A stretch of 53,951 nt of DNA, from assembly GCA_037442385.1 (NCBI GenBank), contig JBBIQJ010000001.1:1-53951 (forward strand), in the 5' to 3' direction. This document shows, one piece after another, positions 1-7,885 of the stretch. The position numbers were made by a program, and so were the translations under genes. Under the pieces are notes generated by a model. That model searched no databases, was not told the DNA's origin, and was given only the letters and a program-made list of their open reading frames with translations. Source of the DNA: Armatimonadota bacterium (lineage in GTDB: Bacteria; Armatimonadota; Fimbriimonadia; Fimbriimonadales; GBS-DC). Position 1 is the stretch's first letter; the number at the start of each line of letters is the position of its first letter.

Positions 1-13
1 GGCTTTTTTTTTT

Positions 14-874
14 TTAATCCAGCCTCGCATTGACGGCTTTGGGATTGCGCCGAAACTCGCGCGGGCTGACCCCAAACCGCTGGCGAAACACACTGGAGAA
101 ATGGCTCAGGCTCAGGTAGCCCACTTCCAGCGCAATTTCGGAAATCGAGAGATCGGAGTTGAGCAACAGCTGCGCCGCTTTGCGCATGCGCAGTTCCGTG
201 AGATATTCGGAAGGGGAGCAGCCAAGCGCCACACGGAACAGGCGCTGGCAGTGGCGCTGGCTCAGCGGCATCTGCTCAAACGCCTTGCGGAGCGCGTTCG
301 GGTCGCTCAGGTGCGCCTGCAAATAGATTAGCGCCTCGCGCAGACGCGCGTCATCATGAGCAGGAACCACTTCTGGCTCCCGAAAGCAGAGATAGGCGAT
401 TAGCTCCCGCACTTTTGCTTCGTAAAACAGGCGCAAACTGCCCACGGGCGGCGGCGTGAGCATCGATTCCACCACGCCCGCAAGCAGAGGATGGCTGGTC
501 ATCAGGTAAAAGTTTTCAGGCAACGCCTGCTCGCCGCGCACGAATGGCTGTAAAGTCTCCAGTACGCGCGACTCCTCAGGCTCCAACAAAGCACGCAGAT
601 AATCGGGCGCGACTCGCACGACCAGATGGTGATGCAGGTAGCGCACATCGGAGCGAAGCGTGCGCGGGCAGGTCAGATGCTCTGGATCGGGCGGACGCAG
701 GCTTAACACAAACTCCACCCAGCCATGTTCACAGGCGAACTCCTGCGCCCGAAGCGGGTCATCCGAATAGAAGCGCCGCTCGAACACCAGAAACGCTCCT
801 GCCGCACACAACAGACGCACACCGGGGGGTAGCGCCTGCACCGGCAGCGACTCTGCTATCGCCATCGCCCTCAT
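14..874 (-). CDS. AraC family transcriptional regulator
   Basis: 286-aa ORF with a C-terminal AraC-type double HTH (LSISEIALEVGYLSLSHFSSVFRQRFGVSPREFRR). It lies next to glycoside-hydrolase genes. Confidence 0.85.
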   Translation of the reverse strand: MRAMAIAESLPVQALPPGVRLLCAAGAFLVFERRFYSDDPLRAQEFACEHGWVEFVLSLRPPDPEHLTCPRTLRSDVRYLHHHLVVRVAPDYLRALLEPEESRVLETLQPFVRGEQALPENFYLMTSHPLLAGVVESMLTPPPVGSLRLFYEAKVRELIAYLCFREPEVVPAHDDARLREALIYLQAHLSDPNALRKAFEQMPLSQRHCQRLFRVALGCSPSEYLTELRMRKAAQLLLNSDLSISEIALEVGYLSLSHFSSVFRQRFGVSPREFRRNPKAVNARLD

Positions 875-921
875 GATACCCCAAACCTGTTCCCTTCAGA
901 TTACTTTCAGGACCTCCCTAA

Positions 922-1040
922 CCTCGCATCTCCACCGCCTCACTGTTGCTGGTGGAGCAGGACTGGGTTCCTGAGCCTGCCAGCCTGCTGGCGCTTGCGG
1001 TGGGGCTGGGGGGCTGGCGTTGCGCCGACGCAAGCGCTAA
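922..1040 (+). pseudogene. Relic of a PEP-CTERM sorting-signal tail, broken by a frameshift in a G6 run
   Basis: The open frame from 922 reads ...DWVPEPASLLALAVGLGG. After the G6 run (1008..1013) the next frame reads LALRRRKR-stop (TAA 1038..1040). Joined, this gives VPEP + hydrophobic helix + RRRKR, the canonical PEP-CTERM C-terminus. There is no upstream passenger domain: an in-frame stop sits at 919. Confidence 0.4.
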
Positions 1041-1064
1041 GCGCCTGAGTTTTCTGGGCTTCTC

Positions 1065-1089
1065 AAGGGCTGGGGCAATCCAAGCCCTT
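1065..1089. terminator. Putative bidirectional stem-loop terminator
   Basis: AAGGGCT (1065..1071) pairs with AGCCCTT (1083..1089) across an 11-nt loop, followed by TTCTATT. It sits between the PEP-CTERM relic and the GH116 stop codon. Confidence 0.35.
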
Positions 1090-1091
1090 TT

Positions 1092-3329
1092 CTATTCGAC
1101 AAGCGCCCAGGCGGACATCGCCCGCGCGTAGAAGCTGCCGCACTCTGGCTCGTTGAACGGGTTGCGTCGCCTACCATCGTGTCGGGCGCGAACAGCGCGC
1201 ACCACACGCTCCGCCTCCGTATGCAGTTCGTAGTCCCGCAGAAGCCGCGCCAGCAAATACTCCAGTCCTGTCCAGCATTCAAATGAATAGGGCAGCGGCG
1301 CCTCAGGGCGCCCGTGTGGGTAGGAGCAGATAATTACCCCTGCTTCGTCGCCCAACGCATAGGTGCGCATATGATTGTAATGCGCATGAAAGCCCTGACG
1401 CCAGTTGTAGCGCATGATGGCTTTTAGCGCGCTTATCATATGTTCCCGCTTGAGCAGGTCGCCCAGCCCCGCGCGATTGGCTTTGTATTGCCCTGCCAGC
1501 TGGTCTATCAGGCAGCCAGAGCCAATCTGGTACGGCAGCGGCTCCGGCGGCACATGTTTGCAGGTCATCGGGTGTGGAGTCTGTTCGGGGCGGCGCACCT
1601 GCTGGATGTAATACTCCCCGTTGAAGAGGTGGGTGTCAATCCAGTCGCGCCCCTGCTCAAACAGGGTTCGGCAGCGTTTCTGAAACTCGGTATCGCCCAG
1701 CACGCGTGCCATCTCCTCGCACGCTCGCAGCCCCGCGAGATACCACACACTGCACAGCGGGTTCGGACCGAAAAACTCCACATCAAAAGTATTATGCTGG
1801 GCGCCTTCCATCACGCCATCCTGGTCGGCGTCCCAGCCACCCTGCACCCATGCGAAGGCGAGCATCTGTTGCGCTTTAGGGTAGACGCGCTTCAGCCATT
1901 CCCTGTCGCGCGTGCGCCGATATTGCTGATAGATTCGCACCAGCGTGCCCATCTGACCGTCTGCCGCCGCGAGCGGCCAGCGATTTATCCCCAGCGGCAG
2001 GTCCAGGCGAAACCGATGCGCGCCGTCTTCTGTAATGCCGTACTCCAGATGGCTATCCAGCATCGAGCCGTGAATCTCCGGGAACAGGCTGACAGTGGCT
2101 TGCTCATAGTTCCACACATGCGTGCATGACCCCTGACAGCAGCCTGTGGCGGCGTTGGACCCTTCGAAGCCCAGAAACCGCACGCGCCCCGAATCGGCAA
2201 TCGCGAAGAGCGTGGGCGAGCGCAACACTGTGAGCGTATTCAGCGCGGACTCTTTGAACGCCAGCGGGAGTTTTCGGCGACTCAACCGGGAAACCCAGCG
2301 ACGGGTGTCCTCCCAGAGCGCGGCGAGGCGGGGGATGACCTTCTCCGCAACCTCCACGGCGTCGCGAAAGCGTGTGGCGTAGGCATTCTGCACGAGAGGG
2401 CTTTCGTCTTTGCCTTCTTCGAACCAGCCCAGCTCGCGCAAATCACGATACGGGAAGTGCCATGTGAGCAGGAACCGCACCGTGTGCGACTGGCGTGGGT
2501 GCAGGGTGAACCGTGTGTGTACGGAGCTGTCCCAGCCGCGCTCATCGGATGGGGGGCAGGGAACCTCTGGCGCGGCATCAGGCAAAACGCCCTCTCGAAG
2601 CAGGTGGTCAATTATCCCCAGAATCTTGCCGCCCCAGCTATACTGGAACGCCCAGTGCCGTGCCACATGCGCTGAAGAATCTTCACATAGCAGGCACAGC
2701 GTGCCCACACGCGGGTCGCGCTGAAGGTCTGACTTTCGAAACACCACCCCTTTCCAGCCGTGAACCGTAATGGCGTCGCTGAGGTTGCCTCTGAGGTCGT
2801 TTTTGATGCCGTCGCTTCCGATGAAGTTGGTCAGCAGGAAAGTGAGCGAGGCTTCGACAGCCCCTTTGCCCAGCCATTCCACCTGCACCTGCAGTAGCCC
2901 CATCGGCAGGCTGGAAGCGTCCAGCGATTCGGGGATGAGTGGGTTGAACCCCGTGAGACTCGCGCGCAGGGGCAGAAGGGGGTCCTGGAGCAGGGCACTT
3001 CCGAAGGGGTACGCCGCCTCAAAGCCCACCGCGCGCATGCGGGGGATCCCTGCCAGCGCCTGCGGCGCGCCCGAATCGGCGTCCAGCTGGGCGTGCAACA
3101 TCCCTTCCAGCACGCGCAAGTAGGCGTCGCCCTCGGCGGTGCGCACCCACAGCAACAAATGTGCCAGTGGGGGGCGCCAGCCCCTGTGAGGACGACTCAT
3201 CAACTGCCAGTCAGTCAGGGCGCCCATCCCCGACAGCGCGAAACTGCCCGTGCCAATCCCGCCAACGGGCATCACAATCTGGCGCAACTGCTCTTTCGAA
3301 TAACGAACTAGCGGCTCAAACTTCAGCAT
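1092..3329 (-). CDS. Glycoside hydrolase family 116 (GBA2-type beta-glucosidase / glucosylceramidase-like)
   Basis: 745-aa ORF. The N-terminus MPVGGIGTGSFALSGMGALTDWQLMSRP matches the GH116 N-terminal signature, and the long C-terminal part looks like an (alpha/alpha)6 catalytic region. Family assignment is from memory of family motifs. Confidence 0.75.
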   Translation of the reverse strand: MLKFEPLVRYSKEQLRQIVMPVGGIGTGSFALSGMGALTDWQLMSRPHRGWRPPLAHLLLWVRTAEGDAYLRVLEGMLHAQLDADSGAPQALAGIPRMRAVGFEAAYPFGSALLQDPLLPLRASLTGFNPLIPESLDASSLPMGLLQVQVEWLGKGAVEASLTFLLTNFIGSDGIKNDLRGNLSDAITVHGWKGVVFRKSDLQRDPRVGTLCLLCEDSSAHVARHWAFQYSWGGKILGIIDHLLREGVLPDAAPEVPCPPSDERGWDSSVHTRFTLHPRQSHTVRFLLTWHFPYRDLRELGWFEEGKDESPLVQNAYATRFRDAVEVAEKVIPRLAALWEDTRRWVSRLSRRKLPLAFKESALNTLTVLRSPTLFAIADSGRVRFLGFEGSNAATGCCQGSCTHVWNYEQATVSLFPEIHGSMLDSHLEYGITEDGAHRFRLDLPLGINRWPLAAADGQMGTLVRIYQQYRRTRDREWLKRVYPKAQQMLAFAWVQGGWDADQDGVMEGAQHNTFDVEFFGPNPLCSVWYLAGLRACEEMARVLGDTEFQKRCRTLFEQGRDWIDTHLFNGEYYIQQVRRPEQTPHPMTCKHVPPEPLPYQIGSGCLIDQLAGQYKANRAGLGDLLKREHMISALKAIMRYNWRQGFHAHYNHMRTYALGDEAGVIICSYPHGRPEAPLPYSFECWTGLEYLLARLLRDYELHTEAERVVRAVRARHDGRRRNPFNEPECGSFYARAMSAWALVE

Positions 3330-3331
3330 GC

Positions 3332-4780
3332 TTATGAGATTCCCTTTTCGAGAAGAGGCTCCTGTTGCTTCTTAATTTTTGTCAGGAAATTTTTGTCAGG
3401 AACCCACTCCACATGCCCATCGGCGTAGACCACCACGCGCCCGCCGGACGCCTCAAAGTAGCCTGCCATCGTTTCAGCAGGGCTTTGAATCTGAGCGATT
3501 GGGATGGCGTCCAGCAGGTACACAAACCCCACGCCTGTCTCGGAGTTCTGAAAGACGGATGAGTCGCGAGTATATGGCGTTAGCAGGAACGCGAGGTCTT
3601 GATCGGCAGGGGGGAATATCTCATCGTAGTCCTGGACATACATCAGGAGCGCAAGCCCGATCTGTTTTGCTTGGCTCGTCAGTTGCTCACGCAGTTGCTC
3701 GGCGGGCAGGCTGGTGAGGATCTGCACCAGCGGCACTACAAACGCGCCCTCGCGACCGATGTAGAAGAGCGCGTCTCTTTTAGGCGTGAAGGAAGTGTGC
3801 CGAAGATTCGCGCCCAGCAGATAGCGGTAGTTTCGCTTACCGACTTTGCTCACCAACCATGTCAGGTGCGGCGCGCGCAGTGTTTCAGGCGGTCTGGCAG
3901 GAAGTGTTTCCTGCATGATGGCGAGCGTGCCGACTTCGGTGGGAAGAGAGTCTCTCTGGCGCCTTGCCTCAAACTGAGATATCCTGGGCTGGGGTATCGT
4001 CGGGATTTCTGTGATGGTCTTCTGGCGCAGGTCTACTGCAAAATGGCGCGAAATCTCTTCCGTTTCGTTTGTCCTGTGGAGAGCCCGGAAGGTGTAAGTG
4101 CCGTACGCAATGGGCTGCTCTGGATCCCAGCCTGTTAGCCAAAAGGCAGCTTGTGGCTCCGGCACAACGAGGGGCGCTACCTGCGCGTTGCGTGTCACCA
4201 CCAGCGGGGGCGTTTGCATGCCTCCAGAGACCAGCCAGTAAGGTAGTTTCGGGTGAGCGTCTACTTCCTGGAAGTCGCCCTGCGCAATTTCGCGCCAGCT
4301 GCGCGTTGCCGCGTTCAGAGAGTACAGTCGCGAAACAAAAGTCCCGTTCTCGCGAAACTGTGCCAGAATCAGCGCTTCAGGTGTGGTGGCGCTCCAAGCT
4401 ATCGTGCGCAGCGCCGCGAAATCGATGTGGTCGCCCTGCGCCTGCCAGGTTTGATTCCACAGGCGGGTACTGCGCAACTCTTTCTGGTCCCAGAGCCAGA
4501 GGGCGCTTTCTATGACTGCCCTGCGAGATTGCGCGTCGAACTGTTTCAGGTTCAGCGAGGCGCAGAGCAGGTAGCGTCCTTCGGGATGCCATGCATACTG
4601 CGTGATAACGCCCCCCGCCACCAGCTGAGGGGTCAGCATGGAGAGCGCGCCCGATTCCAGTGGAATCGCGTCGCGCAGAGGTGGACGGGGAAACCCGATT
4701 ACTTGCACAAGCCCCCACATCGCGATAGCGGTCGCGAGCAGCCCCACACTGATGAGCGTTAAGGTCAAACGACGTCGCAT
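3332..4780 (-). CDS. Membrane-anchored hypothetical protein with a C-terminal DUF1559/H-X9-DG-like tail and no prepilin leader
   Basis: 482-aa ORF with an N-terminal TM helix (LTLISVGLLATAIAMWGLVQVIG). The middle region resembles a beta-propeller. The C-terminus (AKQIGLALLMYVQDYDEIFPP...VVVYADGHVEWVP) resembles the conserved core and tail of DUF1559 proteins. It ends 2 nt before the GH116 start codon. Confidence 0.7.
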   Translation of the reverse strand: MRRRLTLTLISVGLLATAIAMWGLVQVIGFPRPPLRDAIPLESGALSMLTPQLVAGGVITQYAWHPEGRYLLCASLNLKQFDAQSRRAVIESALWLWDQKELRSTRLWNQTWQAQGDHIDFAALRTIAWSATTPEALILAQFRENGTFVSRLYSLNAATRSWREIAQGDFQEVDAHPKLPYWLVSGGMQTPPLVVTRNAQVAPLVVPEPQAAFWLTGWDPEQPIAYGTYTFRALHRTNETEEISRHFAVDLRQKTITEIPTIPQPRISQFEARRQRDSLPTEVGTLAIMQETLPARPPETLRAPHLTWLVSKVGKRNYRYLLGANLRHTSFTPKRDALFYIGREGAFVVPLVQILTSLPAEQLREQLTSQAKQIGLALLMYVQDYDEIFPPADQDLAFLLTPYTRDSSVFQNSETGVGFVYLLDAIPIAQIQSPAETMAGYFEASGGRVVVYADGHVEWVPDKNFLTKIKKQQEPLLEKGIS

Positions 4781-4793
4781 GGTCGCCCCCCTG

Positions 4794-5759
4794 TTAGCGA
4801 CTGCCTTCTACCACCACATCTGCCAGCGGGCGCCCTTCCAGGAAGCGGAGCATGTTCTGAATCACGCCCTGCGCGATTCGTTGTTGCGCTTCCTGCGTAA
4901 CGCCCGCGCCGTGGGGGGTGAGAATCACATTCGGTAGTTTCAGCAGGGGATGGTCTGGCGGAGGCGGTTCGGGGTGAAACACATCGATCGCCGCGCCGCC
5001 CAGATGCCCCTGCAGCGCTTCCACCAGCGCGTCGGTGTCCACCAGCTCAGCGCGCGCGGTGTTAATCAGAAACGCGCCGTATTTCATCCGCTGGAGACGC
5101 GCTTTGTTGAACATCCCGCGCGTTTCGGGGGTCAGGGGCATATGGAGCGTAATCACATCGCATTCGGGGAGCAGGACGTCCAGCTCCAGATAGGTCGCGC
5201 CCAGCGCCTCTTCCTGTTCTGGCGGGAGGGGGTTCACATCGTAATAAAAGGTCGTGACGCCGAAGGGAAGCAGTCGCGCCGCTACCTCGCGCCCGATGCG
5301 CCCCATGCCGACAATCCCGACGGTCTTGCCCTGCAGATCGCGTGCGTGCGCAATCCAGTAGGGGAGCGACCATTCGCCGCGTGCGAGCATATTGTGGGCG
5401 GGGATGAGTCCGCGCATCATCGCCAGCGCGACCATCACCACATGCTCGGCGACGCTGACTGTGTTTGCGCCCGTAACGGCAGCGACGGTGATGCCCAGCG
5501 CCCGCGCGGCGTCCAGGTCCACATGGTCCACGCCCACGCCCGCCACCTGAATAAAGCGCAGGCGCGGTGCCTTTTCCAGTATCGCGCGGGTAATCGGGGT
5601 GAAGGCGGTGGAAATCAGCGCTTCGCAATCCGCAAGGTGCGGCTCCAGTGCGTCGGCGCTGGTGGCTAACTCCACCGTGTGCCCGGGAAACAGCGCCCGC
5701 ACCATCGCAATTTGCGCCTGAACCTGCTCCGAAGGAGGTAAGACCGCCACAACTTTCAT
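4794..5759 (-). CDS. D-isomer-specific 2-hydroxyacid dehydrogenase family (NAD-binding)
   Basis: 321 aa with the Rossmann motif GKTVGIVGMGRIGREVA and the C-terminal PNVILTPHGAG motif typical of the family. Confidence 0.85.
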   Translation of the reverse strand: MKVVAVLPPSEQVQAQIAMVRALFPGHTVELATSADALEPHLADCEALISTAFTPITRAILEKAPRLRFIQVAGVGVDHVDLDAARALGITVAAVTGANTVSVAEHVVMVALAMMRGLIPAHNMLARGEWSLPYWIAHARDLQGKTVGIVGMGRIGREVAARLLPFGVTTFYYDVNPLPPEQEEALGATYLELDVLLPECDVITLHMPLTPETRGMFNKARLQRMKYGAFLINTARAELVDTDALVEALQGHLGGAAIDVFHPEPPPPDHPLLKLPNVILTPHGAGVTQEAQQRIAQGVIQNMLRFLEGRPLADVVVEGSR

Positions 5760-5761
5760 CG

Positions 5762-6712
5762 TTAGCCTCCCTGGGCGCCCTCCACAATCGCACGGGTCAG
5801 CTCTGCCGCCTCGGCTTCTGCCTCTTCGGTTTCCCTGTAGAGTTGCTCCAGCGTTAGAGAGCGGGCGCGCGCCAGCCGATTTTCCCGGCGCATGAACTGG
5901 TTCATGGCGTAGTTCATAAACTCATCCAGTTCCAGCCCGAACGGCATCTCTGGCTCATACGCCTGAAACACTTCCTGCACCACGCCCACGGCGTAGGGGA
6001 GCAGTTCGTTCATCTTGTTCTGAATCGCCTCCCATACGGGGTCGCCATGCTCCGCAATCAGGCGCGAGAGGAAGTAGACGCCAAAAGCGATGTGGCGTGC
6101 CTCGTCCTGCATCATCTTGCCGATGCCCTGCACCAGCCCCGACATCACCTGCTGGCGCTTGTAGGCTTGGAAGAAGCCATAGTAGCCCGTTTCTGCCAGC
6201 ACGCCCTCCACAATCATGTTGTAGACCACGCTGGCTTCCGCCTGCGCCACCGGGGAGCGGTCGTAGGTGAGCCGATGCATCGCCTGCGGTAACGCCTCGT
6301 AGAAGATAGCACGATAGGAGGGCGTGTGATAGCGCGAGAGGTCTTCCCCACGCACCTCCGCCACCTCGGTCAGGAAGCGGTTCATAAACTCCACATGCTT
6401 GGCTTCCTCAAACAGGAACGAAGTGAGGTACATCTCTTCTTCGAGGCGCCCCTCTTCAGCGACCACCTGAATGAGTGGGAGCAGGTCCAGCGTTACGCTT
6501 TCTTCGCCTGCCTGAAAGAGGGAAATAAGCCGCAGGGTCGCGTCCTTCTGTTGCTCGGTGAAGGTCTGCCAGTGTTCGCGATCTGGGGTCAAATCGATCG
6601 CGGCGGGGTCCCACACCCCCAGTTTCTTGGCTTTCTGGAACATTTTGAGCATGGGGTGGTTGCGATTCAACCCCCGTGCGCTGGTCGTGATAAACTCGCT
6701 ATGTGTTTTCAT
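5762..6712 (-). CDS. R2-like ligand-binding oxidase (R2lox; ferritin-like Mn/Fe protein of the RNR-R2 superfamily)
   Basis: 316 aa with two EXXH metal motifs (FEEAKH, QDEARH) plus the AGEESV and IVEGVLAETGYY segments. It aligns by eye along its length with remembered mycobacterial R2lox (Rv0233-type) sequence. Confidence 0.8.
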   Translation of the reverse strand: MKTHSEFITTSARGLNRNHPMLKMFQKAKKLGVWDPAAIDLTPDREHWQTFTEQQKDATLRLISLFQAGEESVTLDLLPLIQVVAEEGRLEEEMYLTSFLFEEAKHVEFMNRFLTEVAEVRGEDLSRYHTPSYRAIFYEALPQAMHRLTYDRSPVAQAEASVVYNMIVEGVLAETGYYGFFQAYKRQQVMSGLVQGIGKMMQDEARHIAFGVYFLSRLIAEHGDPVWEAIQNKMNELLPYAVGVVQEVFQAYEPEMPFGLELDEFMNYAMNQFMRRENRLARARSLTLEQLYRETEEAEAEAAELTRAIVEGAQGG

Positions 6713-6754
6713 CCTCTCAGACCTCCTCGTCGTGGATTTGATACGACCGTTCGG

Positions 6755-7741
6755 TCAAAATTCCTGCTGGCGTGTCATGTTTTGCAGACAGGCTTCGGCA
6801 AGGGCGACCGCCTCGCGCCCGTCGGTGCCGTCGTAGGGCAGCGGCTCGCCGAACAGCACGCCTCGTGCGAACAGTTGCAGTTCCCACTGATAGGGTTCGG
6901 GCGTGCTGACCTCTTCGGGGGTGAGAGTCTGCTCGTCGCCTGCATGTGTTTTGTAGCGCACCGTGCCGCCGAAGCCCGTATGCTCAATCGTGCCCTGCTC
7001 GCCGATAATGGCGACGCGATAGCTACCGAAGGGGTCTAACATCCCTGCCTCAATCTGGGCAATCGCGCCCGATTCGCTCACAAACAGCGCGTGCCAGTGT
7101 TGCACAAAGTTCGGCTCGGCGAAGGGCTGGATGCCCTGCGCGGCGACCACCCGCACCGTGCCCAGCAGCCAGCGCAGGTAGTCCAGTTCATGCACATTCA
7201 TTTCCAGCAGTAACCCGCCGCTCTGGCGTACATCAGCGCGCCAGCCCTGGGCAAACAGGTTCCGATCGTTGCCTGTTCGTCGAATCGAGACCGCCAGCGG
7301 CTTGCCTATCACGCCTGAATCGAGCCACTGCTTCGCCTGATAGAACAGGGGGAACAGGCGCAGCACATGCCCCACCATCACGCGCCGTTGCGCCTGCTCA
7401 GCTGCATGCAAAATTGCGTCGCAGTCGGCAACAGAGAGCGCCATCGGCTTCTCCAGAAACACATGCTTGCCCGCCTTCAGTACCTGCTCGCACAACTCCC
7501 GATGGGTGTAGGGAGGCGTCGCAATTATGACCGCCTGAACGCTCTCGTCTTCCAGCAGCGTTGTGAGCGTCGGGCAGGCAGGGATTTCCAGCTCCTGCGC
7601 CGCCGATTCGGTCAGTTCGGGGTTCACATCGTACACGCCCGCAAGCGCAAGTTCCGAAACGCCCTTTGCCTGATGCGCGAGGTAGCGCCCGATTCCTCCC
7701 GCGCCGATTAAACCCACACGAAGTACCGATTTCATCGGCAA
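6755..7741 (-). CDS. Gfo/Idh/MocA family oxidoreductase
   Basis: 328 aa with the N-terminal Rossmann motif LRVGLIGAGGIGRYLA, then the EKP motif (VFLEKPMA) typical of the family. First gene of the minus-strand operon. Confidence 0.85.
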   Translation of the reverse strand: MPMKSVLRVGLIGAGGIGRYLAHQAKGVSELALAGVYDVNPELTESAAQELEIPACPTLTTLLEDESVQAVIIATPPYTHRELCEQVLKAGKHVFLEKPMALSVADCDAILHAAEQAQRRVMVGHVLRLFPLFYQAKQWLDSGVIGKPLAVSIRRTGNDRNLFAQGWRADVRQSGGLLLEMNVHELDYLRWLLGTVRVVAAQGIQPFAEPNFVQHWHALFVSESGAIAQIEAGMLDPFGSYRVAIIGEQGTIEHTGFGGTVRYKTHAGDEQTLTPEEVSTPEPYQWELQLFARGVLFGEPLPYDGTDGREAVALAEACLQNMTRQQEF

Positions 7742-7829
7742 GGATTATACCTGTGGAGGCGAACCGCGTTGTGAAGGGGCATTTTAGGGGAAAATCACCT
7801 GAAATTGCCCTGAATAGTCCGCCGCCCTC

Positions 7830-7858
7830 TTGACAAACGCCCCGAAATTTGCTATAAT
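7830..7858 (+). promoter_or_regulatory. Consensus sigma70-type promoter (TTGACA-17-TATAAT)
   Basis: TTGACA at 7830..7835 and TATAAT at 7853..7858 with a 17-nt spacer. AAGGAGG lies at 7873..7879 and the ATG at 7886. Confidence 0.55.
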
Positions 7859-7885
7859 ATCGATATCCTGAAAAGGAGGTGCGAT

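Noticed and set aside
4-15. T12 homopolymer at the extreme 5' edge of the window
   Set aside because: It is probably the U-tract of a terminator whose stem lies outside the window, and it overlaps the araC stop codon. It cannot be evaluated without upstream sequence.
946-1131. 61-aa ORF as a genuine small protein gene
   Set aside because: Its sense comes only from the PEP-CTERM-like segment, which needs a frame change to be complete, and the rest reads through a terminator hairpin. It is better explained as a gene relic.
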